A stretch of 64,000 nt of DNA from an uncultured cyanobacterium (GTDB taxonomy: Bacteria > Cyanobacteriota > Cyanobacteriia > Pseudanabaenales > Pseudanabaenaceae), in NCBI GenBank assembly GCA_963703315.1, contig OY969811.1, positions 1,888,001-1,952,000 of the forward strand, given 5' to 3'. The position numbers and the translations under genes are program-made. Positions within the stretch are counted from its first letter, which is position 1; the number at the start of each line of letters is the position of its first letter. The notes beneath the pieces are model-generated. The model saw only the letters and a list, made by a program, of their open reading frames with translations. It ran no database searches and was not told where the DNA came from. Below, piece after piece: positions 40,530-51,370 of the stretch.

Positions 40530-42278
40530 TTATTTAGCCGCTTTTTTGAGAGCAATAATTGCTTCAACTTCCGCAGTTTCTGGATTTGGATAAGCAGCCG
40601 TTACTGCCAAACCACGAATTGATTCAATCAAAGCCTTGGTTTCAGGAGGTGTTTTTGCTTTCTCAGCAGCAGGTAAGAAAGCTTGGACAATGCTCCATGT
40701 TCTATCTGCATCAATGTAGAAATAGCCAACATTGTTAGTAGGAAGTGTACTAATTACTGACTTAAACGTAGCATCATCATTGATCGTGCTGGCAGGTTTG
40801 GGTACGAACAGCGATACAATTGGAGAAGCTGTGATAAATACTGTGTCTGACTGCGACCAACCATGAGAAACGATCGCTCCAGGCGCACCCATAACTGACC
40901 ACTCAGTAACCGATACTCCACCTACCTCTTTCTTGCTGACATTCCCACCGTTCTTAGAAACCAAATCATCAAGCTTCTTAAACAAGGATTCGCCAGCCGC
41001 ACGATTGGTTGTTTGTAAAAGTAGGAGAGGGGCAAGACCTTGAGTCTGCGCTAAAATCCCTTCAGGCTTACCAGATACAGATGCAAAAGCAAATTCACCA
41101 TCCATCCATCCAAAGATTTCTTTATCAAGATCGAGATTCCAAGGAGGCGATTTTAGCTGAGTTCTGGCTTCATCAATACCTTTTTTGACTTCAGGATTTT
41201 TCTCCGCAGATTTGACAAACTGTTCCCATGAGTTCTTGATATTAAAGCCTGTGGTTACAGAAAATGCTTGAGAAGGAATTTGACCAGTAATCTTGTTGGG
41301 AGAGTTCTTGAGTCCAGAAATTGTAGCTGTATCGACTTTGCCAAGAGCTTTAAAGCGAATACCTGCATCATCAATCCCAACACCAAAATTTACAGATTTG
41401 AGCTTCTTCAATTGTTCCAAAGATTCTGGCGGAATTGTTTGTGCTTCAGGATTCAAAGCTGCTAGTTCAACAATAGATTCGCCAAAGTTAGGGATATAAA
41501 GCTGAATCACAGGATTTTTGAGTTTGAGATCGTCAGCACTCGCAGAACTGGCTAACGAAGCTTCTCCTTTGAAAGTATCGATCGCCTTTTGCGTTGCTTG
41601 TTCACGAGGAGTGACAATCAAATAGTCACCGATCATTGCTGTAGAACTTGCTTTGGAACCTTCTCCATATTGGGTAATTTTTACGCCCTTATAGTCCGAC
41701 TGTTTTTCTTTGCCTCCTGCCTTAGTTTTAACTTTAGTCGTCAAAAATTGCTCAGCACCAGCTTTGTCTTTGACTTCAACTACGACCAAAATATTTGGAG
41801 GTTCTTCAGCTACAGTCTCTTTTTTGTCTTGTACAAACTGAATCGAACCAGTATCACTCATCGGCACATAGCGAGGCTGAATTGTAGCTTGCGATTTGGT
41901 AGGAACAAGACCTGCTTTCTTCCCTGAAGGCAAAATGGCAACTGTTACATTTTTACCAATCCAAGGCTTGATATCTTTGTCATAGTCAAAGTCACCCGAT
42001 GAAAGATTTTTGCGGGTTTCCGCGATCGCTTGATCGTAAAGTTTTCTAGTTTCGGGAGTGAGAAACTGCTCTATTTGCGAAAGGGCTGCACCATCGGTTG
42101 ATATCGAAAATGCAGCTAAGGACTGTTTCGGTACAACGGTGAGCGTACCAGCAGTACTGCTAGCTGTAGGCAGAAGATTTGCAGGTTTATTGAAGAAAAA
42201 ATATGCACCTACACCACCCGCGACGACGACAGCCGCCCCACCAATAATCGGGAGTAAATTTGGTTTTGTTTCAGTCAT
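40530..42278 (-). CDS. DUF3352-like protein
   Basis: N-terminal anchor, DY.KDIKPW.G, YKGV.I, GWM.GEFA, GYFYID. Confidence 0.75.
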   Translation of the reverse strand: MTETKPNLLPIIGGAAVVVAGGVGAYFFFNKPANLLPTASSTAGTLTVVPKQSLAAFSISTDGAALSQIEQFLTPETRKLYDQAIAETRKNLSSGDFDYDKDIKPWIGKNVTVAILPSGKKAGLVPTKSQATIQPRYVPMSDTGSIQFVQDKKETVAEEPPNILVVVEVKDKAGAEQFLTTKVKTKAGGKEKQSDYKGVKITQYGEGSKASSTAMIGDYLIVTPREQATQKAIDTFKGEASLASSASADDLKLKNPVIQLYIPNFGESIVELAALNPEAQTIPPESLEQLKKLKSVNFGVGIDDAGIRFKALGKVDTATISGLKNSPNKITGQIPSQAFSVTTGFNIKNSWEQFVKSAEKNPEVKKGIDEARTQLKSPPWNLDLDKEIFGWMDGEFAFASVSGKPEGILAQTQGLAPLLLLQTTNRAAGESLFKKLDDLVSKNGGNVSKKEVGGVSVTEWSVMGAPGAIVSHGWSQSDTVFITASPIVSLFVPKPASTINDDATFKSVISTLPTNNVGYFYIDADRTWSIVQAFLPAAEKAKTPPETKALIESIRGLAVTAAYPNPETAEVEAIIALKKAAK

Positions 42279-42516
42279 ACATTAAGACCTAAAATTTATT
42301 TTGTTAATTACGAAGATTCAAGATGACAGTATAGTGCCTAACCCAAAATACCCATAGAGTTAATTAACCTATACATTGTGAGCCTGCTCACACTAAAATA
42401 ATTTTCTGTGTGAGCAGGCTAAGCCGTAACACACAAAATTATTTCCTTTAAAAAATCGCATTTAGAGATAAAGACGTAAAAACGAAAAGAGAGTTGCAGC
42501 GCAACTCTCTTTTCGT

Positions 42517-43263
42517 TTAACAATCAAGCCATGCGGGGATTAACTTCCATGCTTGATTCAGAGATTTATCTAAAGATTTGTAATTTGGCTCAAATTTGCT
42601 GACTAATTCCCAAAATTGATCCGAGTGATTCATGTGTGTCGTATGGCAAAGCTCATGAATCAATACATATTCCACTACCTTCGTTTCTAGAAAAAGTAGC
42701 TTGTAATTAAGACTAATATTGCGCTTGCTAGAACAGCTACCCCATAGAGTCTTTTGGCTCCGAATGGCAGTGGTGCGATAGGGTAAATTTAGGCGAGTAC
42801 TGACTTTGCGTAGCCAACTAAATAAATGCTTTTCTGCCTTTTTGATTAACCATTCCTTGAGAAAAAATTTGCAAGCTTCAATATCAGCAGTATTGCCACT
42901 GAGGACTAACTTAAGTTCGGTATTTTTTTCTTGGATATCAATAGCTCTGGTTTTAGTGGGAAGTAGCTGATATTCAATTTCCCAATCTTCACCAAGCGAT
43001 CGCAAATTAATGCGATCGGGCAACTGATGGGGCGCTTGTGACTGCAAAAAAGCTTCACGCTGATCAAGTTTGAGTTGATTGCGGACAATCCAATCTCGCT
43101 TCTGATGGATAAGCTCAGGAACCTGATGGCGATCATAATTAGTAGGAATCACCACCTCTAAACCAGCTTCTACTGAGAGCGAAAGGCGGACACTTTTAGC
43201 GCGATCGCTAACACGTACTGTATAGTCTGGTAAGTCTGTAATTACAGATTGGGAACGCGCCAT
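42517..43263 (-). CDS. YgjP-like (DUF45) metallopeptidase/hydrolase
   Basis: QKT.WGSCS, YVLIHELCH..HMNHS..FW. Confidence 0.9.
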   Translation of the reverse strand: MARSQSVITDLPDYTVRVSDRAKSVRLSLSVEAGLEVVIPTNYDRHQVPELIHQKRDWIVRNQLKLDQREAFLQSQAPHQLPDRINLRSLGEDWEIEYQLLPTKTRAIDIQEKNTELKLVLSGNTADIEACKFFLKEWLIKKAEKHLFSWLRKVSTRLNLPYRTTAIRSQKTLWGSCSSKRNISLNYKLLFLETKVVEYVLIHELCHTTHMNHSDQFWELVSKFEPNYKSLDKSLNQAWKLIPAWLDC

Positions 43264-43287
43264 AAATTTAATCTTGAGCCTTAAGCT

Positions 43288-44196
43288 TTAATCTTGTAGC
43301 AAAAGCGTACCGGGGTAACGCGCATTCAAACGTTCACGCTCACGATGGGCATTACTACGATTATTATAAGTCCGCACCTGAATATAATATTTTCCTTTAA
43401 AAATAGTCAAAAAGGCATCGGGGGCAAGCTCACGAATTTCCTTTAAAGTTTTGTCATTGATATTTGGAACCAGCACACGATAGATTGTGCCAATCGAAGG
43501 TTTAGGTGTAGGGGGAGTTGGCGTGGGAACTGGAGTTGGGGCAGGATTGGGAAAGTTGAGCAGGGAGGCGCTAATTACTTGAGCCGCTAAGCCTTGACTA
43601 CGCAACCTTGCAGCGATCGCATTAGCATTTTGAATACTTGATAACGGGGCTGCCAAAATTACCGAACGATTATTAAATGTGGCTAAAACTGCACCTTTGC
43701 CCGATAGAGCCTGCACCTGTGGAATAGCCAAGCTTGGGTCTTGGTTCAGTTCCACCAAAATCATTGCTGGCTGTAAATTTGCAGGTACATCATTCACCTT
43801 AGCTGAGAAAGAATGCACAACCGCATCTAAACCTAATTGACGGAGTTGATTGGCTCGAAATGTCGATGCTTTGGCATTGTCAAAACCACCAAAAAAAGTC
43901 ATCGAACCATTGAGATAACCACAGGGGACTGCCGCGATCGCTAAAAATTCTGGAAGTTTCGGTAAGGTATTCGCAGGACGATCTAATATGACGGCATAGC
44001 GTCGATTAGTTAATTGTGGGCAAGCATTTAAAACTGTTGGTGCAGATTGGGCGATCGCCGTAGATGGAAATACAAGACTATCAACCAAAGCCATACTAGT
44101 CATACAACTAGCAGCGATTAATACTCTAGACAAGCTATTTTTATGTCTAAGTCCTAAAGATTTCATATTAAATCGACCTATTCCCTCAAGAGTCAT
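43288..44196 (-). CDS. Hypothetical exported protein with SPOR-like segments
   Basis: Signal-like region, NA.A.A.RLRSQGL, APDAF.....IQV...NA; Pro/Thr linker. Confidence 0.6.
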   Translation of the reverse strand: MTLEGIGRFNMKSLGLRHKNSLSRVLIAASCMTSMALVDSLVFPSTAIAQSAPTVLNACPQLTNRRYAVILDRPANTLPKLPEFLAIAAVPCGYLNGSMTFFGGFDNAKASTFRANQLRQLGLDAVVHSFSAKVNDVPANLQPAMILVELNQDPSLAIPQVQALSGKGAVLATFNNRSVILAAPLSSIQNANAIAARLRSQGLAAQVISASLLNFPNPAPTPVPTPTPPTPKPSIGTIYRVLVPNINDKTLKEIRELAPDAFLTIFKGKYYIQVRTYNNRSNAHRERERLNARYPGTLLLQD

Positions 44197-44392
44197 GATT
44201 TCTCTAATCCCATGATTTCTATCACCAATAGTTGAGATATACCACTATATGTTGCGAATTGTCATGACGTTGTTTAACCTTTTCGGTCTTGGCTTACTGT
44301 TATAGCTGTCGCCATTAAAAGCGAGTAGCGGCGCAAAGCGCCGCCACTCGCTTTCATTTACAAATTGCCGTGCTGATAACGGAGTCAAGATC

Positions 44393-45073
44393 GTGGCAAA
44401 TAAAGAACATTTAATGCAACTGCAAAAAGGGGTAAGTAGTTGGAATTTTTGGCGATCGCAAGAACCTCGCTTACAAATTGATCTGATCGAAGCCAACCTT
44501 GCTTATGCAGAAGTTAGTAAGGCTAACTTTAGTGGTGCTGATTTAAATTTGGCAAATTTGGGAGGAGCAAATCTGATCGGCGCGAATTTGCGGGAAGCCA
44601 ATCTCACATTGGCAAATCTCAGTGGTGCAAACTTAAGTCTTGCTACATTTCAGGATGTCACGCTCTGCATGACCAACCTCAGTGGCACAAATTTAAGTTT
44701 GGCAAATCTCAACGCCGTTAACCTCACCCTAGCCAATCTTAGTGGTGCAAACCTAAGTGGAGCCATATTACGCAATGCCAACTTAATGGGGGTGAATTTC
44801 AGTGGCGCAGACTTAACTAATGCTGACCTTACCGATGCAAATCTCAGTGGCGCAAATCTGAATGGGGCAAATTTGAGCAATGCGGTACTTTGTGAAACGG
44901 AGTTAAGTGGGGCAGTCTTGAGTGGGGCAAATTTAACTAGGGCAAATCTCAGTGGGGCAGTGTTACGCAAAACTGATTTTAATGGGGCAAGACTCAAGGA
45001 CGCTGACCTGAGAAATACCGATCTTCATGCTGCCAACCTTGATGGTGCTTATTTAGAAAATGTTAAGCATTAA
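44393..45073 (+). CDS. Pentapeptide repeat protein
   Basis: MAN.EHL..L..GV..WN.WR followed by ANLSG repeats. Confidence 0.93.
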   Translation: MANKEHLMQLQKGVSSWNFWRSQEPRLQIDLIEANLAYAEVSKANFSGADLNLANLGGANLIGANLREANLTLANLSGANLSLATFQDVTLCMTNLSGTNLSLANLNAVNLTLANLSGANLSGAILRNANLMGVNFSGADLTNADLTDANLSGANLNGANLSNAVLCETELSGAVLSGANLTRANLSGAVLRKTDFNGARLKDADLRNTDLHAANLDGAYLENVKH

Positions 45074-45121
45074 ATTCGAGCATTAAAGTTGAGAAAGCTT
45101 GCAATGCAAGCTTTCTCAACT

Positions 45122-46066
45122 CTAGCCTTCCCAGATTTTTGCTAGGACTGTTTGAGCAGGAATGGCATTAAGTAACTGTCCTGCGATCGCCTGTACATAT
45201 TTAATCCGTTTTTCATGAATCGGTAAAAATGTACTTGCAGAGGTGTTTGATCCAAGAATGGCGACTAAGGCTGTACCAACGGCAACGCCTAGTTGCAAAG
45301 TATCCCCTTCAGCACTAATAAAGAGATTAGCGGAAGCAATAAAAGCGGTCAGCTTGCCAATATCGGTTGGACTAGCAATCAAAAGATTAGGGATTTTAGT
45401 ATTTAACTTCTTGAGTAAATCGGCATTATTGACACTATCGATCGCCACAATGGGTAAATCTGGCAATTTAGATTGAATGTCGATGGCAATCTCTGCCCAA
45501 CTTTCCGCAGGATAATTGGCATAAGCCCCACAATTAAGCAAGATAAACCCACTTTTTTGAATGCCTAAACGCTTCTGCTCATTGGTTGCCCAGTCCAAAT
45601 CGTTTTTAGGAAGATTAACTTTAATTGGTGGACAGGTTTTTTGAATATCGATGGCGATGAGCAGGTTATGGTTCTGCACTGCCAAATAGTCATTAGCGTC
45701 TTTAGCAATCACATCGGTCAATAAAAAGTCTCCCTGCCCAGCAAAGGAGATCCGCTTAGGAATACCGCTTAACCACAACAGGATATTAGTCGATAATTTT
45801 GACTGCGTAATGAACGCGGCATCATATTCGCGATCGCGGATTGTGCCGAGTAAGTTACCAAAATCCGCCAGAGAGTTACGATCATTGAAATCAAATTTCA
45901 AGACTCGATTGACAGATTGGCTAATTCGATAAGCGGCGATCGCGCGTGGCTCGACCACTACATCAATCTCGGCATTGGGATACTGTTGTTTGAGTGTGTC
46001 CAGTGTCGGGAAAAACAATAACTGATCGCTAGTCCCACCTGGAACCAATGCCAGTATTCGCATCAT
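45122..46066 (-). CDS. Glycosyltransferase family 9
   Basis: RILALVPGG..DQLLFFPTL..LK..YP.A.IDV. Confidence 0.85.
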   Translation of the reverse strand: MMRILALVPGGTSDQLLFFPTLDTLKQQYPNAEIDVVVEPRAIAAYRISQSVNRVLKFDFNDRNSLADFGNLLGTIRDREYDAAFITQSKLSTNILLWLSGIPKRISFAGQGDFLLTDVIAKDANDYLAVQNHNLLIAIDIQKTCPPIKVNLPKNDLDWATNEQKRLGIQKSGFILLNCGAYANYPAESWAEIAIDIQSKLPDLPIVAIDSVNNADLLKKLNTKIPNLLIASPTDIGKLTAFIASANLFISAEGDTLQLGVAVGTALVAILGSNTSASTFLPIHEKRIKYVQAIAGQLLNAIPAQTVLAKIWEG

Positions 46067-46283
46067 ATTTATACATCTCTAGACGAAGACCGTAAGCCAT
46101 AATACTTTGTTTTTGGGAGTTGATACAGACACCAAACATACAGGGCTTCAAAAATTCCGCAAAATTATACTTTTGAGAGAGGGGCTAGGCTAGCGATCGC
46201 GATGTTATCGAAAAATTTCAATTTTTTTGCTCAAGCTATTGTCTAAATGTACAAACTAGTATTATTATAAATAACGGTTAAAT

Positions 46284-46357
46284 GGCGAGTGTAGCCAAGT
46301 GGTTAAGGCAGTGGTTTGTGGTACCACCATTCGTGGGTTCAATTCCCATCATTCGCC
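46284..46357 (+). tRNA. tRNA-His(GUG)
   Basis: G-1, acceptor GCGAGTG/CATTCGC, D-loop AGCCAAGTGGTTAAGGC, anticodon arm GTGGT-TTGTGGT-ACCAC, GGTTCAATTCC; CCA not encoded; hairpin terminator at ~46361-46394. Confidence 0.96.
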
Positions 46358-46509
46358 CTCAAAAAAGACACCCGCAATGCGGGTGTCTTTTTTTGTAATT
46401 AATTTGTAATTACGTTTCTGCGATTTATAGCAATTCTTGTTAGAACAAAAAACCAAAAGACGAGATGCGGCGCAGAGCGCCGCATCTCGTCTTTTGGTTT
46501 TGCATTAAA

Positions 46510-47466
46510 TTAGTTAAAAAAGACAATCCAAACAGGAAGCATAAAAATTATGCCGATGAAGGAGAAGGCGATCGTGCTAATCAGTAAATCGCGATCAAGA
46601 TTGTAAACTTCAGCAAGAATCAGTACCGACAAACCAGTGGGTGTCCCTGACATCAAAGTAAGAATCAGGCGAGGATCACTTCTGAGTCCAAAAGCTGTTG
46701 CCCCTAGCCCGATCGCTAAAGGCACAATTCCCACACGCAGAAATGCGGCGATCGCTGCTGATTTCAAACTTGTCCATTTTTCGATTTTGCCGAGTCTTAA
46801 ACCCACCAGTGACAAAGCAAAGGCGATCGTTACCCATACGCCCATATCCAGACTTGATTCGATCACTTCAGGCAATCCAATCGGTCTGGTATACCAACCA
46901 ATCGCAAAAGCCCAGAGACTAGGCACAGTTGCCACATCTAGCAATAACTTCCACCAAGGCGGCTTCACATCACTCTTACCAAAGTAACTGGCAATAAAAA
47001 CCGCAATGCCATAATTACCCGCCACATTACTAGCAATACTGTATAAAACTGCCCAGTCTGCAAAACTAGAGCTTGTGAGAGAGTTGGTCAGCGTTAACCC
47101 CACAAAACCAGTGTTTCCTAGCATCGTTGCCAAAATAAAGCTACCAAGACTAGAGCGATCGCTATCTTCCTGTTTGGCAAATTGCCAACCAATTAGCGCC
47201 AATAACCAACTGATAATTAGGGTAGCGATCGCCACATAGGGAATGTAAGGCGTGTCGGAAAATTGTGTATGTCTGGCAAGGACAAACAGTTGTAATGGTA
47301 CTCCCACCCAATACAGACCAACGCCTAACAATTTGGAAGTCTGAGCAGGGGCAAATCTGGAAGCTATTAATCCAACGCCTGTCCATACCATTAGGGGGAT
47401 ATAAGCATTGATCAGATCACCAAAATGGAAGATAGACCAGAAGTCGTTAGAGTCACTTAGCAGCAT
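46510..47466 (-). CDS. AEC (auxin efflux carrier) family transporter
   Basis: GNTGFVGL, many TM helices, PTGLS.LILAEVY.LD; start uncertain. Confidence 0.85.
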   Translation of the reverse strand: MLLSDSNDFWSIFHFGDLINAYIPLMVWTGVGLIASRFAPAQTSKLLGVGLYWVGVPLQLFVLARHTQFSDTPYIPYVAIATLIISWLLALIGWQFAKQEDSDRSSLGSFILATMLGNTGFVGLTLTNSLTSSSFADWAVLYSIASNVAGNYGIAVFIASYFGKSDVKPPWWKLLLDVATVPSLWAFAIGWYTRPIGLPEVIESSLDMGVWVTIAFALSLVGLRLGKIEKWTSLKSAAIAAFLRVGIVPLAIGLGATAFGLRSDPRLILTLMSGTPTGLSVLILAEVYNLDRDLLISTIAFSFIGIIFMLPVWIVFFN

Positions 47467-49285
47467 TCAAAATCCATTCGGTAATACCATCGGCAAGGGT
47501 TGTAGCAAGTAACTTTTGCTGTTGTGGATCGATAATCCATTCAAATTCAACGGGATTAATCATAAACCCTAATTCCAAAAGTACTGATAGCGTATTGGTG
47601 GGGCGAATAAGCGCCAAATTATTCCAAAAAACACCATAATCATTACGATTCAGCTTTTTGGTAATGTAGCTATTGATAAACTTAGCCAAATCTTGAGACT
47701 GCGGGTTGTACCAAAAAGCACTAGCCCCAGATGTGTTAAGTGCATCACCATCATCGGGAAGAGCATTGTAATGAACACTAATCGCGATCGCTGGTTCCTC
47801 CTGCTCAATTTTAGCAACCCTTGGCGACAAATCAATATCCGCATCATCGGTGCGCGTCATAATTATTTTTGCACCGCGATTTTGTAATTCTTTCTCTAGT
47901 AATTTGGAAGTTATTAGGGTCACATCCTTTTCAGGATAACCTGTTGCGCCCCTTGAGCCTAAATCATTTTGGCTACCATGTCCTGCATCTAATAAGATCT
48001 TGATCCCTTGAAGCGGTTGAGATACCTGTGCGGTATCCCTATTGATTTTGGGAGGATGCTTAAGGGAGATAATTAGATTTGTGCCTTGATACCGCACCTT
48101 ATAGCCCCATTGCTGTTTAGTTCTGAGGTTAATGGTATAAGTTACTTTGTCTGGCTCAGGTTGTACCCAATCGAATTTGTCAATAATTGATTCAGGATCT
48201 ATAGAAATCGTATCTGTTTGAGAAGTTACATTGTAGAGAGTGAAAGCAAATTGGCGATCGCTTTGACTAATGGAAATTGGCACTGGAACTTCGAGGGGAA
48301 CAATCACTTCAGTCCAAATATTCCCAGTATTATTTCTGTCAATCAGCCGTTTGGTATTAATACTCCGAATAATGGAGTGGGGTGATACTTCTGATACTTC
48401 AATTTTCGTCAAACGTTCTCTCACCCAGCCACCATAATCAAGTCTGAGCCAATCTCCTTGTTTACCCGTAATCACAGCTTTAGTGCCTTTCGGTAAAGGC
48501 GTGAGCCTTGAGAAATCGCTACTTGCACCTGTTCGCGCATCGGCGATCGCCGTTACTTCCGCAACTTGGATATTTTTAGAAGACAGAATTTCGATATTCC
48601 CGATCGCTTTTTCTTGGACAAGGCGATCGCCTAAGCGCATTTCGTATAAAGGCTGACCTAATTGACCAGCCTCTTCAAAGGTTGTACAGCCGCGAAAATA
48701 ACCTGAGGGAGATTCGGCAATCGCGGTGTTATTTCCTGTCAAGACTGAAGAATTGGCTGGTAGTTGAATATTGCGCCGACGGGGTAATAATGGAACTTCC
48801 TGATCGCCAACTCTCACCGTCACTTTGGCGCTAGGCGTAGCGATCGCATCGAAGCAAATGCGCTCATTCGGTTGTCGGGCTATATTTACAGAGGGAAACA
48901 GAGAATCTTTGATCAAGCCAAAATCTTTGGGCGGTAGAGTAATGCGCGACTCTCGTAAGACTTTGACTTGAATTTGTCGCTCATTTTGGCGATCGCCGTT
49001 AGTACTAATGTACTTAATCTCAAAATTATTTTCCCCCAACTGAAGCGGCAAACTCGGCGCGAAATGACCTGCATCACTACGGGATATCACCTTGCCATTA
49101 ATGCTGACATTGCCATCTTTCGGCGCAGTACCAATAAAAAATAGGCGATCGCTAACGGTAGTATGTTGCACAGGTGGATAGGTGAGATGCAGTTGCGAAG
49201 GTGGGATAAAGTTTTGAGCGCCTATGGCTGTAGCAAACATAAAGCTCAACATCCCAACCACAAAAAGTCCGATCAATCGCCGCAT
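47453..49285 (-). CDS. N-acetylmuramoyl-L-alanine amidase (Amidase_3 with SH3-like domain)
   Basis: LLDAGHG, PEKDV, ISVHYNA, VLLELGFM.NP. Confidence 0.92.
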   Translation of the reverse strand: MRRLIGLFVVGMLSFMFATAIGAQNFIPPSQLHLTYPPVQHTTVSDRLFFIGTAPKDGNVSINGKVISRSDAGHFAPSLPLQLGENNFEIKYISTNGDRQNERQIQVKVLRESRITLPPKDFGLIKDSLFPSVNIARQPNERICFDAIATPSAKVTVRVGDQEVPLLPRRRNIQLPANSSVLTGNNTAIAESPSGYFRGCTTFEEAGQLGQPLYEMRLGDRLVQEKAIGNIEILSSKNIQVAEVTAIADARTGASSDFSRLTPLPKGTKAVITGKQGDWLRLDYGGWVRERLTKIEVSEVSPHSIIRSINTKRLIDRNNTGNIWTEVIVPLEVPVPISISQSDRQFAFTLYNVTSQTDTISIDPESIIDKFDWVQPEPDKVTYTINLRTKQQWGYKVRYQGTNLIISLKHPPKINRDTAQVSQPLQGIKILLDAGHGSQNDLGSRGATGYPEKDVTLITSKLLEKELQNRGAKIIMTRTDDADIDLSPRVAKIEQEEPAIAISVHYNALPDDGDALNTSGASAFWYNPQSQDLAKFINSYITKKLNRNDYGVFWNNLALIRPTNTLSVLLELGFMINPVEFEWIIDPQQQKLLATTLADGITEWILNAAK

Positions 49286-49404
49286 AATTTCTATTGCTCA
49301 TCCAAAATAGCGATGCACTGCATCATTATTCAATACTATCGTCATTAACGGGAGGGGCGGCGCAAAGCGCCGCCCCTCTCTTTTCGGCTCGAATCGTTAT
49401 ATTC

Positions 49405-49519
49405 TATAGCTGTAGTCACTTGCATTAGGACAAATCAAAACCCAAAAAGCAAGTGGCGGCGCTTCGCGCCGCAACTTGCTTTTTGGTTTTATGTCCTAAC
49501 AAGACTGGCGACAGCTATA
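49405..49519. repeat. Fullest copy of the GCGGCGC-NNN-GCGCCGC hairpin element family
   Basis: Ends TATAGCTGT/ACAGCTATA; related hairpins near 4040, 17340, 30250, 37610, 44330, 46467, 49357, 57605, 59768. Confidence 0.75.
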
Positions 49520-49551
49520 AGTCTAGTAAATTCTAAAAATATTAATAAAAA

Positions 49552-50493
49552 ATGAAAATTTTAGTAATGGGTGGCACGAGATTTATCGGTGTGTCACTGG
49601 TGAAGTTATTGGTATCACAAGGACATGAAGTAACTTTATTTAATCGCGGCAAAAAGCCTTCACCCGTTGCAGATCTGCGGACAATTATTGGTGATCGCAC
49701 TGATGCCCAACAACTAAAAGACAAACTCAGTGGTGAATCCTTTGATGCGATTTTTGATAACAATGGGCGCGAACTCAGCGATACCCAGCCCCTAGTCGAA
49801 ATTTTTCGCGATCGCCTCCAGCATTTTATCTACATGAGTTCCGCAGGTGTCTATCTGGATAGTGATATTTTGCCGTACCACGAAACCGATGCCACTGACC
49901 CCAAAAGCCAACATAAGGGCAAACTCGATACCGAAGCCTATTTACAACAAGTTCGTGCGGAATCGGGATTTCCCTATACTTCGATCCGTCCTACCTATAT
50001 TTATGGTCCCCAAAACTATAACGATGTGGAAGCTTGGTTCTTTGATCGGATTGTGCGCGATCGCCCCCTTCCCATTCCTGCTAATGGCAAATTCATCACT
50101 CAACTTGGTCATGTCGAAGATCTCGCCAGTGCGATGGCAGCAGTCTTAGGCAATCAAAAGGCGATCGGTGAAATTTACAATATTTCTGATACTCGCTATG
50201 TCACTTTCATCGGACTTGCCAAGCAATGCGCGATCGCCGCAGGCAAAGATCCTAGCCAGCTAAACTTTGTCTATTACAACCCCAAAGACTTTGACTTTGG
50301 CAAAAAGAAAGCTTTTCCCTTCCGCTTGCAGCATTTCTTTGCCTCAGTGAACAAGGCTACACAAGATTTAAACTGGCATCCCAAGTACGATCTACTCTCT
50401 GGTCTGAAGACTTCCTTTGAGCAAGATTATCTTCCTTCCAAGCGCGATCAAGCAGAAGTGGATTTCTCAACAGATGAACAAATTCTGAAGTGA
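49552..50493 (+). CDS. NAD-dependent epimerase/dehydratase family protein (CSP41-like)
   Basis: GGTRFIG, DNNGRE, SSAGVY, RPTYIYGP, DFGKKKAFPFR. Confidence 0.9.
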   Translation: MKILVMGGTRFIGVSLVKLLVSQGHEVTLFNRGKKPSPVADLRTIIGDRTDAQQLKDKLSGESFDAIFDNNGRELSDTQPLVEIFRDRLQHFIYMSSAGVYLDSDILPYHETDATDPKSQHKGKLDTEAYLQQVRAESGFPYTSIRPTYIYGPQNYNDVEAWFFDRIVRDRPLPIPANGKFITQLGHVEDLASAMAAVLGNQKAIGEIYNISDTRYVTFIGLAKQCAIAAGKDPSQLNFVYYNPKDFDFGKKKAFPFRLQHFFASVNKATQDLNWHPKYDLLSGLKTSFEQDYLPSKRDQAEVDFSTDEQILK

Positions 50494-50580
50494 GTTCTTT
50501 CGGCACTGGACAGTTATTGTGGAATTCATGCAGCTAAAAAAGATGCCAATACGTTGATCACGATTTAGCTGACCAGTGCC

Positions 50581-51273
50581 TTATGCTTGGGCTTGCAATT
50601 GTTCAATTTCCAGAATCACGCGGTTTTGGCTTGACGTAAGATGATCACGGATTGCCGCTAGAGCTTGCTCGACATTGCGTTGGGCGATCGCTGCATATAT
50701 TTGTCGATGCTCAGAGCGAATTTCTAAAACTTGGAGATTGCGTTGAATCGTTTGGATGCGTAACAGTGCCATCTTGTCGAACAATTGATCGAGCAGAATT
50801 GCTAACCAAGGATTGCCTGAACATTCAGCGATCGCCCGATGAAACTGATAGTCTATATGAAGTAATTGATAACTGGTGAGTTGATTAGGTTGTTGAGCGA
50901 TCGCTTTTTCGGCTTGTTGGATGATGGCTTCGATTTTTTCTAACTGGTCAGGTGTAGCGTGTTTACAAGCCTCTGATACCGACTCCTGCTCTAACACAGA
51001 TCGACAACGATAGAGATTTCTGGCATCTTCAGTGGAGAAACTGATTACCCGTAAGTTCCCATTTCCATCTGCAACAATAAGTTGTTCTTTCTGTAACTGT
51101 TGCAATGCCTCGCGAATCGGGGTGCGACTAACTTGCAGTTTTTCGGCGATTTGGGTTTCCACTAAACGTGAGTCAGCCGTAAACTCACCCGACAAAATTG
51201 CCGATCGCAATACTTGGTAAGTTTGTTCGCGCAAAGACTGGGGACGCTGAATTGGAGCAGATGAAGAAAACAT
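50581..51273 (-). CDS. GntR family regulator (FCD domain)
   Basis: RLVE..IAE.L.VSRTPIREAL, D.QFH..I...SGN, EH..I..AI. Confidence 0.93.
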   Translation of the reverse strand: MFSSSAPIQRPQSLREQTYQVLRSAILSGEFTADSRLVETQIAEKLQVSRTPIREALQQLQKEQLIVADGNGNLRVISFSTEDARNLYRCRSVLEQESVSEACKHATPDQLEKIEAIIQQAEKAIAQQPNQLTSYQLLHIDYQFHRAIAECSGNPWLAILLDQLFDKMALLRIQTIQRNLQVLEIRSEHRQIYAAIAQRNVEQALAAIRDHLTSSQNRVILEIEQLQAQA

Positions 51274-51304
51274 GGGTTAGAAAACTCCTAATGAAATATT
51301 TTTA

Positions 51305-51324
51305 TGTATACAGTATATTGTATT
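51305..51324. promoter_or_regulatory. Putative GntR operator TGTATACAGTAT
   Basis: Between the divergent gntR and hydrolase genes; same motif at 54178, 59666 and 60189-60200 (reverse). Confidence 0.7.
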
Positions 51325-51370
51325 CATGATCTGTGATACCACAGAAATAATTATAAAAAAAATCCGAGCT

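Noticed and set aside
46284..46500. tRNA-His as an integration site
   Set aside because: No integrase and no duplicated tRNA 3' end seen in the window
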